Made by a program: the position numbers and the translations under genes. DNA of 64,000 bases from Gemmatimonadaceae bacterium. GTDB lineage: Bacteria > Gemmatimonadota > Gemmatimonadetes > Gemmatimonadales > Gemmatimonadaceae. Within the stretch, counting starts at the first letter, position 1; every line of letters starts with the position of its first letter. The notes beneath the pieces were generated by a model. The model saw nothing but the letters and a program-made list of their open reading frames with translations, searched no databases and had not been told where the DNA came from. Where the stretch lies: the NCBI GenBank assembly GCA_051859245.1, contig JBHYGA010000004.1:704001-768000 (forward strand), in the 5' to 3' direction. This document shows, piece after piece, positions 17,490 to 26,525 of this stretch.

Positions 17490-20486
17490 ATGCTGCGTTC
17501 CGCCACACTTGGTCTCGCACTCTTCGCGCTGATCGCGCCGTCCGCTCACGCGCAGCAGTCAACCAGCGCCTCCTCGAAAAAGGTGCTGACGATCGATGAT
17601 TACTCGCGCTGGCGCACCATCGACAATGGTTCGCTCTCGCCAGACGGCAAGTGGGCAGCGTACGGACTTCGCTTTGCCAACACAGTAGCCGCTGATGCGA
17701 AGCCGGAACTCCGGTTGCGTAACCTGGGCACGAATGATGAAGTGACGATTGCGCACGCGTCGCAGGCCAGCTTCTCGCCTGATTCGAAGTGGATCGCATA
17801 TCTCGTGGAGCCACCGCCACCAGCGCGTGGTCGACCCGGTGCAGATAGCGCGGCGACGCCCGCTCCGCCAACGACACCAGTCACGCCGCCGGCCACACCG
17901 CCGGGGCCGCCCACGGTCACACCAGCCACGCCGCCCGCTGCTGCCGCTGCACGCCCGCCCGCACCGCGCCGGCGCTGGGAACTGCGCGAGCTTACGACGG
18001 GGAAGACCATCTCGTGGCAGGATGTGCAGAGCGCGCAGTTTTCACCCGCGTCGACGCATCTCATGCTTCGACGTCGCGCGGCGGGAGCGCCAGCAGCGGG
18101 AGCGCCCGCAACGGGGGCCGCAGCCGGCGCTGGTCCGGGTGGCGCCGCCGCCGCGAACGGCAACGCCCCGCGCGGCGTTGACGTGGTACTGCATGACTTG
18201 AGCAGTGGACGCAGCCAGTTCCTTGGCAGTGTGGGCGACGCGTCGTTCAATCGCAGCGGCGATGTGCTGGCGTACACCGTTGATGCCGCCGTGCGCGATG
18301 GCAACGGTTTGTATCTGGTCGAGCTGACGACGGGTCGCACCGTCGTGCTCGATAACGACTCGTTGCGTTACAATCGGCTCGCATGGAATGATCGCGGTAC
18401 GTCGCTCGCGGTGCTCAAGGGGCGCGAGGTGGAACGCATGCGCGAGCGCAGCAATCGCTTGATCGTGTTCAATAACGTGGTGTCGCCACGTGGCGTGGCC
18501 GATGTCGCACCGGCGGTGCTGGATCCCGCGAATGTGTCGGACTTTCCCAAGGGCTTTGTCCTCTCGGATCGCGCCGCACTTGCCTGGAGTGACGACGGAG
18601 CGCGCGTGTACGTGTCAACCATTCCGCAGCGCGCGTTGCCGGACACCGGCCGCCGTCGCAGTACCGACTCCCTGGCCGACGTTGATATCTGGCGGACGCA
18701 AGACGAGCGTATTGTCTCGCAACAGATGATTCAGTTGGAGGCCGACCGTAATCGGACGTTCCGTCAGGCATTTGATGTGGCGTCGGCTCGATATATCGCG
18801 CTCACGGATTCAGCCATGCGCGACATTGAGATTCCAGCCACCGGCATCTGGGCCGTTGGTCGTGATGCACGGGCGTACATCTCGGACTACAAGCGGCCCG
18901 CAGCCGATTTCTATCGCGTGAATCTGAGCACGGGTGAGCGTACGCTCATGTTCCGCGGGCAACTCACGGGTCGCAATGTGAGCGGTATCTCTCCTGATGG
19001 CAGCGCGTTTCTCTTCTGGAAAGATCGGCATTGGCACGCGTATGACCTGGCGGCCGGTACAACGCGTGCGATCAGCACCACCGCGAGTGTGAACTTCACC
19101 GACATGGAAGAAGATCATCCAGGTCCGCGTCCGCCCTACGGCGTGATGGGCTACGCGAGTGACGGCAGCGGCGTGATCGTGCAGCATCGGTTTGATCTCT
19201 GGTACCTGCCGCTCAAGAGTGGCAGCGCGCGCAATCTGACCAACGGTGTTGGCGCACGCGACAAGATCGTTTTGCGATATGTGCGTACCGCGCCGCTGGA
19301 TTCGTCGGTGCGGAGCGGCGCTCGCGTGTCTCGCGAGATTGATCTCACGCAGCCGCTGACACTGTCGGCGTACGGTGAGTACACGAAGAAGTCGGGCTTC
19401 TACCGACTGAACAACGGCGAGTTGCGCGCGTTGGTATACGACGACGCATCGTTCAGCACGCCTAATCGCGCGACCGACGCCGATGTGTTTCTCTACACCA
19501 AACAGACGTTTCGCGAGTTCCCCGACCTGCTCGTGGCGGGCGCAGAGTTTGCGAGCCCGCGCAAGATTTCTGATGCCAATCCGCAACACGCCGAGTATCG
19601 CTGGGGGCGTCGTGTGCTGTTTGACTACACTACGCGTCGCGGTGTGAAGTTGCAGGGCATTCTCGCCATTCCCGATGACTATGTCGCGGGCGAAAAGCGC
19701 CCCATGCTCGTCACGTTCTACGAGAAGAACTCACAAACCATGCATCGCTATCCCACGCCGTCGTATATCACCGGCATGGGTGCGATTCCAACGGAAGCGG
19801 TGAGTCGTGGTTACCTCACCATGCTGCCCGACGTGCATTTCCACACGGGCAGTTCGCACAGCGATATGCTCGACGCGGTGGAGGCGGCGACGCGAAAGGT
19901 GATCTCGATGGGCTACGCGGATCCCAAGCGCATTGGCGTACACGGGCACAGCTACGGCGGTGAAGGTGCCGCGTTTATTGGCACACGATCCAAGTTGTTC
20001 GCGGCGGTGGGCATGGGCGCTGGCGTTACAGACCTGTACAGCGATTTCAGTCAAAGCTGGGGCTGGTCGTATCAGGTCAGTGGCGGCAGCGGTGCGAACG
20101 GCAACGACTATTATCTCTTTGGACAAGGTCGCTGGGGCTTCTCACCCTGGGAAAAGCCTGATGTGTACCGCTACGAGTCGGCGCTGACGCACGCACCATC
20201 CGCTGCCGCACCGTTTCTGATCATGCACGGCACAGCCGATCCGACGGTTTCATTTACCGAGGGCATGAACTTCTATAATGCGCTCCGGTACAATGGAAAG
20301 AACGCCACGATGCTTGCCTATCCGGGCGAAGGGCACGGTTTGCGTGGGCTCGCCAATCGCCGCGACCTCACCATTCGCTATTTCCAGTTCTTTGATCACT
20401 ATCTGCGCGGTGCAGCAGCGCCCAAGTGGATGACCGATGGGGTGCCGTACATCGCGCGTGACGAGGTGCGCGGCGATCCGAGGTAG
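17490..20486 (+). CDS. Secreted S9 prolyl-oligopeptidase/acylaminoacyl-peptidase family serine peptidase
   Basis: Signal peptide AHA-Q; propeller SPDG repeats; triad motifs GHSYGG, HGTAD, EGHG. Confidence 0.92.
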   Translation: MLRSATLGLALFALIAPSAHAQQSTSASSKKVLTIDDYSRWRTIDNGSLSPDGKWAAYGLRFANTVAADAKPELRLRNLGTNDEVTIAHASQASFSPDSKWIAYLVEPPPPARGRPGADSAATPAPPTTPVTPPATPPGPPTVTPATPPAAAAARPPAPRRRWELRELTTGKTISWQDVQSAQFSPASTHLMLRRRAAGAPAAGAPATGAAAGAGPGGAAAANGNAPRGVDVVLHDLSSGRSQFLGSVGDASFNRSGDVLAYTVDAAVRDGNGLYLVELTTGRTVVLDNDSLRYNRLAWNDRGTSLAVLKGREVERMRERSNRLIVFNNVVSPRGVADVAPAVLDPANVSDFPKGFVLSDRAALAWSDDGARVYVSTIPQRALPDTGRRRSTDSLADVDIWRTQDERIVSQQMIQLEADRNRTFRQAFDVASARYIALTDSAMRDIEIPATGIWAVGRDARAYISDYKRPAADFYRVNLSTGERTLMFRGQLTGRNVSGISPDGSAFLFWKDRHWHAYDLAAGTTRAISTTASVNFTDMEEDHPGPRPPYGVMGYASDGSGVIVQHRFDLWYLPLKSGSARNLTNGVGARDKIVLRYVRTAPLDSSVRSGARVSREIDLTQPLTLSAYGEYTKKSGFYRLNNGELRALVYDDASFSTPNRATDADVFLYTKQTFREFPDLLVAGAEFASPRKISDANPQHAEYRWGRRVLFDYTTRRGVKLQGILAIPDDYVAGEKRPMLVTFYEKNSQTMHRYPTPSYITGMGAIPTEAVSRGYLTMLPDVHFHTGSSHSDMLDAVEAATRKVISMGYADPKRIGVHGHSYGGEGAAFIGTRSKLFAAVGMGAGVTDLYSDFSQSWGWSYQVSGGSGANGNDYYLFGQGRWGFSPWEKPDVYRYESALTHAPSAAAPFLIMHGTADPTVSFTEGMNFYNALRYNGKNATMLAYPGEGHGLRGLANRRDLTIRYFQFFDHYLRGAAAPKWMTDGVPYIARDEVRGDPR

Positions 20487-20559
20487 TCAGCCGACAGCGC
20501 GCGGCGCGTTTCGCGCGTAGTCCTGATGGCCACGCAGAATTCCCCGATTCGACCATCGC

Positions 20560-21291
20560 ATGTCCCTCTCGCCAATCAATCGTCGCAGTTTCCTCCACCG
20601 GCTGAGTATTGCAGCCGGTGGCGCGGCGCTTGGCGGTGGCCTCGCGCCTGCGCTGCACGCCATGAGCGCGGCACCCAGCAATGAGTTTGTGTTCGCGCGA
20701 CTGCGTTACGAATCAGGAGACTGGGACTACAACCCGAAAGTGTGCGCCAACGTGCTCGACACGTTGCTGCAGTACACCAGCATTCCGATGCATCAGCAGG
20801 AAGTCGTGATTACCGCCGATTCACCAGAGCTCAGCGCGTACCCGTTTGTCTTCATGACCGGACACAAGCTGGTGCGCTTCAGCGACAAGGAACGGCGCGG
20901 TCTGCAGCGATATGTAGAAAACGGCGGGTTGTTGTTCTCGGACGACTGCAACCACGACATCAACGGTCTGTACGCCAAGTCGTTCGAAACAGAAATGGCG
21001 CGTACGTTTGGCGGCACCAATGCGATGCCGAAACTACCCAGCAGCCACGCGGTCTATCGGTCGTTCTTTCAGTTCGACGGGCCACCGCAAACCAGTCACG
21101 AACTCAACGGCTGGGGCGACAACATTGTGCACGATTACGTGCGCGGTGTTGAGCGCAACAAACGACTCGGCGTGCTCTACACCAATCAGGACTACGGCTG
21201 TGAATGGGACTACAGCTGGAAGAACAAACGCTTTCGCACCAAGGACAACACGCGGTTCATTGTAAATGTTGTGGTCTACGCGATGACGTGA
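20560..21291 (+). CDS. DUF4159 domain protein with Tat signal peptide
   Basis: NRRSFL twin-Arg motif; FVFARLRY, YPFVFMTGH, YVENGGLLFSDDC, DYGCEWD. Confidence 0.8.
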   Translation: MSLSPINRRSFLHRLSIAAGGAALGGGLAPALHAMSAAPSNEFVFARLRYESGDWDYNPKVCANVLDTLLQYTSIPMHQQEVVITADSPELSAYPFVFMTGHKLVRFSDKERRGLQRYVENGGLLFSDDCNHDINGLYAKSFETEMARTFGGTNAMPKLPSSHAVYRSFFQFDGPPQTSHELNGWGDNIVHDYVRGVERNKRLGVLYTNQDYGCEWDYSWKNKRFRTKDNTRFIVNVVVYAMT

Positions 21292-21322
21292 ACTCGTGCC
21301 AACAACACCGAGTAGCACGATG

Positions 21323-21367
21323 AAAAAAACGAGGCGCCGCAGATAGTCCGCGGCGCCTCGTCTTTTT
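21323..21367. terminator. Bidirectional intrinsic terminator
   Basis: A7 tract, 12-bp stem ACGAGGCGCCGC / GCGGCGCCTCGT, then a T-tract; lies between convergent DUF4159 and tldD. Confidence 0.88.
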
Positions 21368-21383
21368 GATACGTCTCGCTGCC

Positions 21384-23060
21384 TCAGTCGAACGCCGCAC
21401 CCACCATCATCTTGCGCACCAGCAACCACGGCGAACCGTGCGAGATGGAGTTGGTCTGCGTGGGCTGCCCCTTCGCATCGCCACCCGTGCCAAACTTCTG
21501 ATACTCCTTGGGGCCGGTGACGGCATCAAGGTTGGCCCAGAAGTCAGTGGTGATCGCGTTGTATGTGACGTCTGTGCACATGCGCGTGATCTTGCCGTTC
21601 TTGATTTCCCAGAACGCGTGGCCGCCGAACTGACCGTTGAAACGCTGCTGGTCAATGGAGTAGCTGCCACGTCCGTCGATCATCACGCCGTCCTTGATGT
21701 CGGCGATCATCTCGTCACGCGTGGGCGAGTTCTCCGGACCTGGCTCCACGTGCACGTTCGGCATGCGAAGGAACGGGTAATCGCGCCACGAGTTGCCAAA
21801 CGTGCAGCCGCGGCTGAAGTCTTCACCCACCAGATGCGCCGTTTCGCGGTTCGTCTGCACGCCCACGAGAATGCCTTCACGAATGAGCGGCCATTCCATC
21901 GACTTCACACCGTCGTCGTCGTAGCCGGTGGAGCCAATGCCGTCGTCCGTCTTGCTGCACGTCACGTTGAGGTGCTTGGAGCCGTACTTGAGTTTGCCAA
22001 TGTCGGACAGCTTCACAAAGCTCGTGCCGGCATAGTTCGCTTCGTAACCCACGATGCGATCAAGCTCAGTGGCGTGTGCAATAATCTCATGAATCGTGAG
22101 CATGGCGTGCGACGGCGACAGAATCAGGTCGCGCAGTCCGCTTGAGCCGAGTGGCTTGGCGGTGCACATCTGTACGGCTTCGTCGGCCACACGTTCGGCG
22201 CTCGCGAGGAAATCGCTGCGCTCGGCCACCTCCCAGCCGCCGGCTGATGCGACGCCCGGGTAGTTGCGCGTTTTGGTCACATCGCCAACACGCGCCGTCA
22301 CGGTCATGGTGGGCGACGTGGTGAACAGCTCCTGCTCAATGTAGGAGCCTTCGCTTGACGCGAAGTAGCGCCACTCGTAGCTGTGTGTGGCGCTCACGTT
22401 CACGCCGGTGACACCCTTCACCGTGCTCGCTTTGTCTACAATCGCTTGCGCCCAGGCCTGTTTGTCGGTGACGCTGACAGACGTTGGGTGCTTTTCCATC
22501 GGCGTGATGAAGTTCGCGACGTAGGCCGGAACCGGTGCGAGCTTGAGGTCGGTGCGCTTGGCAATGGCGCTCGCCTTGGCCACTTCCGTGGCCACGCGCG
22601 TCACGCGACGGATTTCGTCTTCGGTGACAATCGGGCTGCTGGCAAAGCCCCACACGCCGCTGTGTACCACGCGCACGCCAAAGCCGGCCGCCTTGCGATC
22701 CGCTTCGCTCGGAATGCCGCGCGCCGCACCACCGCCTCCGCGTCCACCAAAGCCGCCGCCTCCTCCTCCGCCGCCACCACCACCGGGGCCACCACCAGGG
22801 CCGCCGGCACCACCGGCCGAACGGTACACCGCAGAACCGCCCGGCACGTTGGCCGTCATGGTGAAACGAACGTCGGCGTACGTGCAACCAACGAGCTTGG
22901 CCTCGGACAAGACAATGTCAGCCAACCCCTTGAACTTGGAATCCGCCGCGCGCCCCTTGGGCGACGTGGCGATTATGTCCGCCATTAAATCATTGCTATA
23001 CAGCGACAAGGCGGCCGTTGCAGCCAGACCCTTGAGAACATCGCGACGTGACGGGCTCAT
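21384..23060 (-). CDS. tldD: TldD/PmbA-family metalloprotease, catalytic TldD-type subunit with Tat signal
   Basis: SRRDVLK Tat motif; YADVRF, GFGVRVVHSGVWGFA, HEIIAH (HExxxH), GYDDDGV, PFLRMPN, DAKGQP. Confidence 0.9.
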   Translation of the reverse strand: MSPSRRDVLKGLAATAALSLYSNDLMADIIATSPKGRAADSKFKGLADIVLSEAKLVGCTYADVRFTMTANVPGGSAVYRSAGGAGGPGGGPGGGGGGGGGGGFGGRGGGGAARGIPSEADRKAAGFGVRVVHSGVWGFASSPIVTEDEIRRVTRVATEVAKASAIAKRTDLKLAPVPAYVANFITPMEKHPTSVSVTDKQAWAQAIVDKASTVKGVTGVNVSATHSYEWRYFASSEGSYIEQELFTTSPTMTVTARVGDVTKTRNYPGVASAGGWEVAERSDFLASAERVADEAVQMCTAKPLGSSGLRDLILSPSHAMLTIHEIIAHATELDRIVGYEANYAGTSFVKLSDIGKLKYGSKHLNVTCSKTDDGIGSTGYDDDGVKSMEWPLIREGILVGVQTNRETAHLVGEDFSRGCTFGNSWRDYPFLRMPNVHVEPGPENSPTRDEMIADIKDGVMIDGRGSYSIDQQRFNGQFGGHAFWEIKNGKITRMCTDVTYNAITTDFWANLDAVTGPKEYQKFGTGGDAKGQPTQTNSISHGSPWLLVRKMMVGAAFD

Positions 23061-23075
23061 ATGTGATCGTCCGGA

Positions 23076-24539
23076 TTAAACGGCGGGGGAAACTGAAGTC
23101 ATGTAGAACTCTTCAATGCGAGCGGGCGGTACGAGTGCGGCCTGGCCAATGTCAGAAGACTCGCCCATTCCCGTGGGCATCGGCTTCCCAACCAATGTGA
23201 GGTTGTTGTAAGCGACCAGCGGAGACATGTTCCAGCGGAAGTTCTGCACCGGACCCACGATTTCTCCGTTCTCAATCAGAAAGAGACCGTCTCGTGTCAT
23301 GCCGGTGTTCAGCAGCGGCTGCCCTTCGGCCGGCACGCCGCGAATGTACCACAGGCTCGTCACCAGCAAACCGCGACGCGTCTGCTTGACCATGTCGTCA
23401 ATCGAGAGGTCAGAGCCACCCATTACCAGGCTGTTGTTCGGGGTGGCCGGTTGACCGCGCGTGAAGTTCTTCAGCACACCGTTCTCAACCCATGTGACCG
23501 GGCCAGCCGGACGGAAATCATTGAGAATCGTGCTCTGACGCAGCACCTGATTGCCTACATCGCTGCGCAGCGTAAACAGATCGCTGAAGATCTTGTCTCC
23601 TGGCTTCTTGCCGGCCATAAACGATCCGGCCCCACCACCGCCGAATCCGCCGCCTCCACCGCCGCCTGGCGGTCCATCATCACCGGTCGCTGCTGCCGCG
23701 GCGCCTCCAGCTGCGGCACCAGCTGCGGCGCCAGCCGCCGCACCGCCCGCTGCGCCCGCACCGCGTCCACCACCCGGAGGACCACCGGCCGGTGCGCCAC
23801 CACCATTAAAAATGCCCGTCATGAGCGACAGCAATCGCGCGTTGGCGCGCGGCTCCAGAATCACCGTGTATCGACCCGGCTCAATGGCCTTCGCGTTTCG
23901 GCTCTTGATCGCCTTCTGCGCCGCTACCTCGGTGAGCGCCTTCGAGTCGATCATGGTGATGTCCTTGATGCCCATCAATCCCGACCAACCCGAACCACTG
24001 CCGTCCGGCATGCGGCACGTGAGCGCGAACCCGGTCTCAGCGGTGCGATAGTACGCGAACAATCCCTTCGAGTTCGCGTTGCATGTGGTCTGATCGATCT
24101 TCGGGATGTAGCCTGCGCCCAGCACACCGCGTGCTTCGGCGAGATCAATGCTGTCTTTGACCAGACGCGCCCGCTCCGCAGGACCGAACGACGTCATGTT
24201 CGGCAACGCGGCGTCCATCGGGATGTATTCCTGCGCGCCCATCAGTTCGCGCAGGTTCGGATTATCGATCGACTTCTTGGCCGTCTCGAGCGCCTCATTT
24301 ACCATCTCACGCAGCCCGGCGTCGCTGAAATCGCGCGTGCTCGCGCTGGCCGATTTCTGGCCGAGTCGCACGGTCACGGTAAGGTTCCGGTCGTACTGGA
24401 CAAGATTGGTGGTGATGGACGAGTTCGCCCACCGGGTGCCGGAGCGTTCGCCGCCGGTCAGGTTGATTTCAACAGCATCGGCGCCGGCCATATTAATGAC
24501 CTTGTCGACGATGGCTTTGCATTCCTCGCGAGTGTACAT
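23076..24539 (-). CDS. TldD/PmbA-family protein, non-catalytic TldE/PmbA-like partner
   Basis: TRWANSSITTN, IEPGRYTVILEP, RGLLVT, TGMTRDGLFLIENGEI..PVQNFRWN; no HExxxH and no signal peptide. Start taken at ATG 24539 (MYTREE). Confidence 0.85.
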   Translation of the reverse strand: MYTREECKAIVDKVINMAGADAVEINLTGGERSGTRWANSSITTNLVQYDRNLTVTVRLGQKSASASTRDFSDAGLREMVNEALETAKKSIDNPNLRELMGAQEYIPMDAALPNMTSFGPAERARLVKDSIDLAEARGVLGAGYIPKIDQTTCNANSKGLFAYYRTAETGFALTCRMPDGSGSGWSGLMGIKDITMIDSKALTEVAAQKAIKSRNAKAIEPGRYTVILEPRANARLLSLMTGIFNGGGAPAGGPPGGGRGAGAAGGAAAGAAAGAAAGGAAAAATGDDGPPGGGGGGGFGGGGAGSFMAGKKPGDKIFSDLFTLRSDVGNQVLRQSTILNDFRPAGPVTWVENGVLKNFTRGQPATPNNSLVMGGSDLSIDDMVKQTRRGLLVTSLWYIRGVPAEGQPLLNTGMTRDGLFLIENGEIVGPVQNFRWNMSPLVAYNNLTLVGKPMPTGMGESSDIGQAALVPPARIEEFYMTSVSPAV

Positions 24540-24664
24540 GCGGCGGCTGAGCGTGGGGAGGAGGTACGGAGGGGACGGCCGAAAGGGCGAACGAAACGCG
24601 CGTGCGGCCTCTCCACTCAATGCGTACAGGGTGGGGAATTCGTTGACGGAATATGGGCCCTGTG

Positions 24665-24688
24665 CGCCCGCGAGGAAGAGCGCGGGCG
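24665..24688 (-). terminator. GC hairpin just after the MoxR operon (possible terminator or processing site)
   Basis: CGCCCGCG-N8-CGCGGGCG about 13 nt downstream of the stop at 24702; no U-tract. Confidence 0.35.
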
Positions 24689-24701
24689 AACCAGCAGCGT
24701 G

Positions 24702-26525
24702 TCAGGGCAGCCCGCGTCGCCGACGGAGCCACCATTCGGCGCTCACGCACAGCGCGAACGGGAGTAGCCACCACGCTGATCGCATTGGGTGCCATCGCTC
24801 GGAACGTGGTGCGGCTGTGAGCGATCCTTGCAGACGGCCAGCCAGGGTGCCCAGTGCCGATTCGTCAATCGTCCAGCCGCCGCGCGACGCGATCCACGCG
24901 TTCAGCAGCGCCGGTTCATCGGCGATAGCGTGATGCCGCGTGTCACTGACCACGATCGGCACGAACGCCGAGTCACCATTCGCTTCGATTCGCAGTTGCG
25001 CGTGTCCAAGGGCTGACGGCGCCCGCAATGCGCCGACAAACGAGCCTGGCGTGGCGTTCGGCGAAAGCCCTACCGGCGTCTCCACCGTTCCCGGCGAATC
25101 GACGGCCAACAACGCGGCGGTTGCGTTGGCACGCAGCGAATCACCATTCGCCACCGCCATCATCGCACCGCGCATCGTGACAGTGACAGGCGACGTTTCA
25201 CTCGGCGCCAGCACGGGTTGTGCAACCGTCGCCGATATGGCGGGCAATGTGGCCTCGGCGGCATCGGTCACCAGCTGCGTGAACACGCGATCAAACTGCG
25301 ACACATCGGGATCGCGATAGCGCCACGCATCGAGTGCACCGCTTACTACCAACTGCCCCTGTCCCACCGCCATGCGCCAGATGACCGGCGCCGCGTCCGC
25401 GCCGAGCGCGAGTGAATCGGTGCGTGTTGCGGCGGCGCGGACGAGTACGGTGGCGCCACGTGGCAATGCGACCGGCCAGAACTGCGTTGACACGCGCAGT
25501 CGGTCGCTCTCCCCATTGTTCAAGCGCGCCGCTGCTCCGCCATCGATACTGCGCGACGACCAGCCACGCACGCCAACGAGTTCCTGATACGGCCCGCGTG
25601 TCTGGCTGTCGAGCAACAACACCACGCTGCCGCCTCGATTGCGCAGATACGATTCAAGTCCGACCACATCGCGGGCCGTCAGCGCATCGGGGGCACCCAC
25701 GACAATCGCGTCGTACGCCGAGAGCGCGCTTGCGTTCGCGAGTTGCACAGGTGGCTCACCGATCGACGTGCTGATATTCCTGGACGTGACAATACGACTC
25801 GTTACCAGCAACCGCGGGTCTCTTTCAAGCGCGCGTCGCACGAACGTCGACGAATACGTTGGTCGCGGATCGTACACCAGCACCGCGTATCGACGGTCGT
25901 GAACTGCGACCAGGCCATCGGCGTACGCCGAATCTGCGCCGGCGCGCGCCACTACTCGCACTGTAGAACGTCCGGTGTCGGTTGCTGCAAACGACATCGA
26001 GGCGACCAGATGCTGCTGTGTCGCCGTGAGTGCAAGTGACTGGCGATCCATCACCGCGCCATTTACCTGCAGCTCTGCGACCACCGATCGTGTGCTGGTG
26101 CCGGGCACAAAAAGTCGCGCGCCCACACGTACCGGCGCGTGCAGCGGAGCACGCGTTGGTGCACGCAAGGCCTGAATGCGCAGTTGATTCGCCCGCGACT
26201 GTACGGAAAAGATCGGCTGCGCGTAGTCGAGATCGGTGCGTACGCGGTCGCCCGCAAGAACCATCGCGTCCGCACGAACCAAAGGCGATCGCACCACCAG
26301 AAAGTCTTCGTCGAGTGCTGCAGCAACACGCGCCGCCAGCGCGCTGTCTTGCACGGCATCGCTCGGCACAACGGACACTATGGCTTTGCCTGCCCGCTCG
26401 CTCGTGACAGACGGATCGATCACGGCCGCGATCGCAATGAGCACCGCAACGGTGCGCAGCGACGCACGGAGCAGGAATCCGGTGGAGCGTGTCGGCGAAT
26501 TCGCTGCCGTAGCGGGCGGACTCAT
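24702..26525 (-). CDS. Membrane-anchored protein of the MoxR/BatA module (Ig-like plus glutamine-amidotransferase-like domain)
   Basis: N-terminal TM helix; VLVYD..FVRRAL, YDAIVVG..LESYLRNRGGSVVLL, GQGQLVV..WRYR; C-terminal TM plus EWWLRRRRGLP, typical of Bat-locus proteins. Confidence 0.65.
   Translation of the reverse strand: MSPPATAANSPTRSTGFLLRASLRTVAVLIAIAAVIDPSVTSERAGKAIVSVVPSDAVQDSALAARVAAALDEDFLVVRSPLVRADAMVLAGDRVRTDLDYAQPIFSVQSRANQLRIQALRAPTRAPLHAPVRVGARLFVPGTSTRSVVAELQVNGAVMDRQSLALTATQQHLVASMSFAATDTGRSTVRVVARAGADSAYADGLVAVHDRRYAVLVYDPRPTYSSTFVRRALERDPRLLVTSRIVTSRNISTSIGEPPVQLANASALSAYDAIVVGAPDALTARDVVGLESYLRNRGGSVVLLLDSQTRGPYQELVGVRGWSSRSIDGGAAARLNNGESDRLRVSTQFWPVALPRGATVLVRAAATRTDSLALGADAAPVIWRMAVGQGQLVVSGALDAWRYRDPDVSQFDRVFTQLVTDAAEATLPAISATVAQPVLAPSETSPVTVTMRGAMMAVANGDSLRANATAALLAVDSPGTVETPVGLSPNATPGSFVGALRAPSALGHAQLRIEANGDSAFVPIVVSDTRHHAIADEPALLNAWIASRGGWTIDESALGTLAGRLQGSLTAAPRSERWHPMRSAWWLLPFALCVSAEWWLRRRRGLP

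Noticed and set aside
21384..24539. TldDE as part of a RiPP (microcin-like) biosynthetic cluster
   Set aside because: There is no precursor peptide, YcaO, radical SAM or lanthipeptide enzyme nearby. The Gly-rich stretches are internal to TldD and TldE, not separate ORFs.
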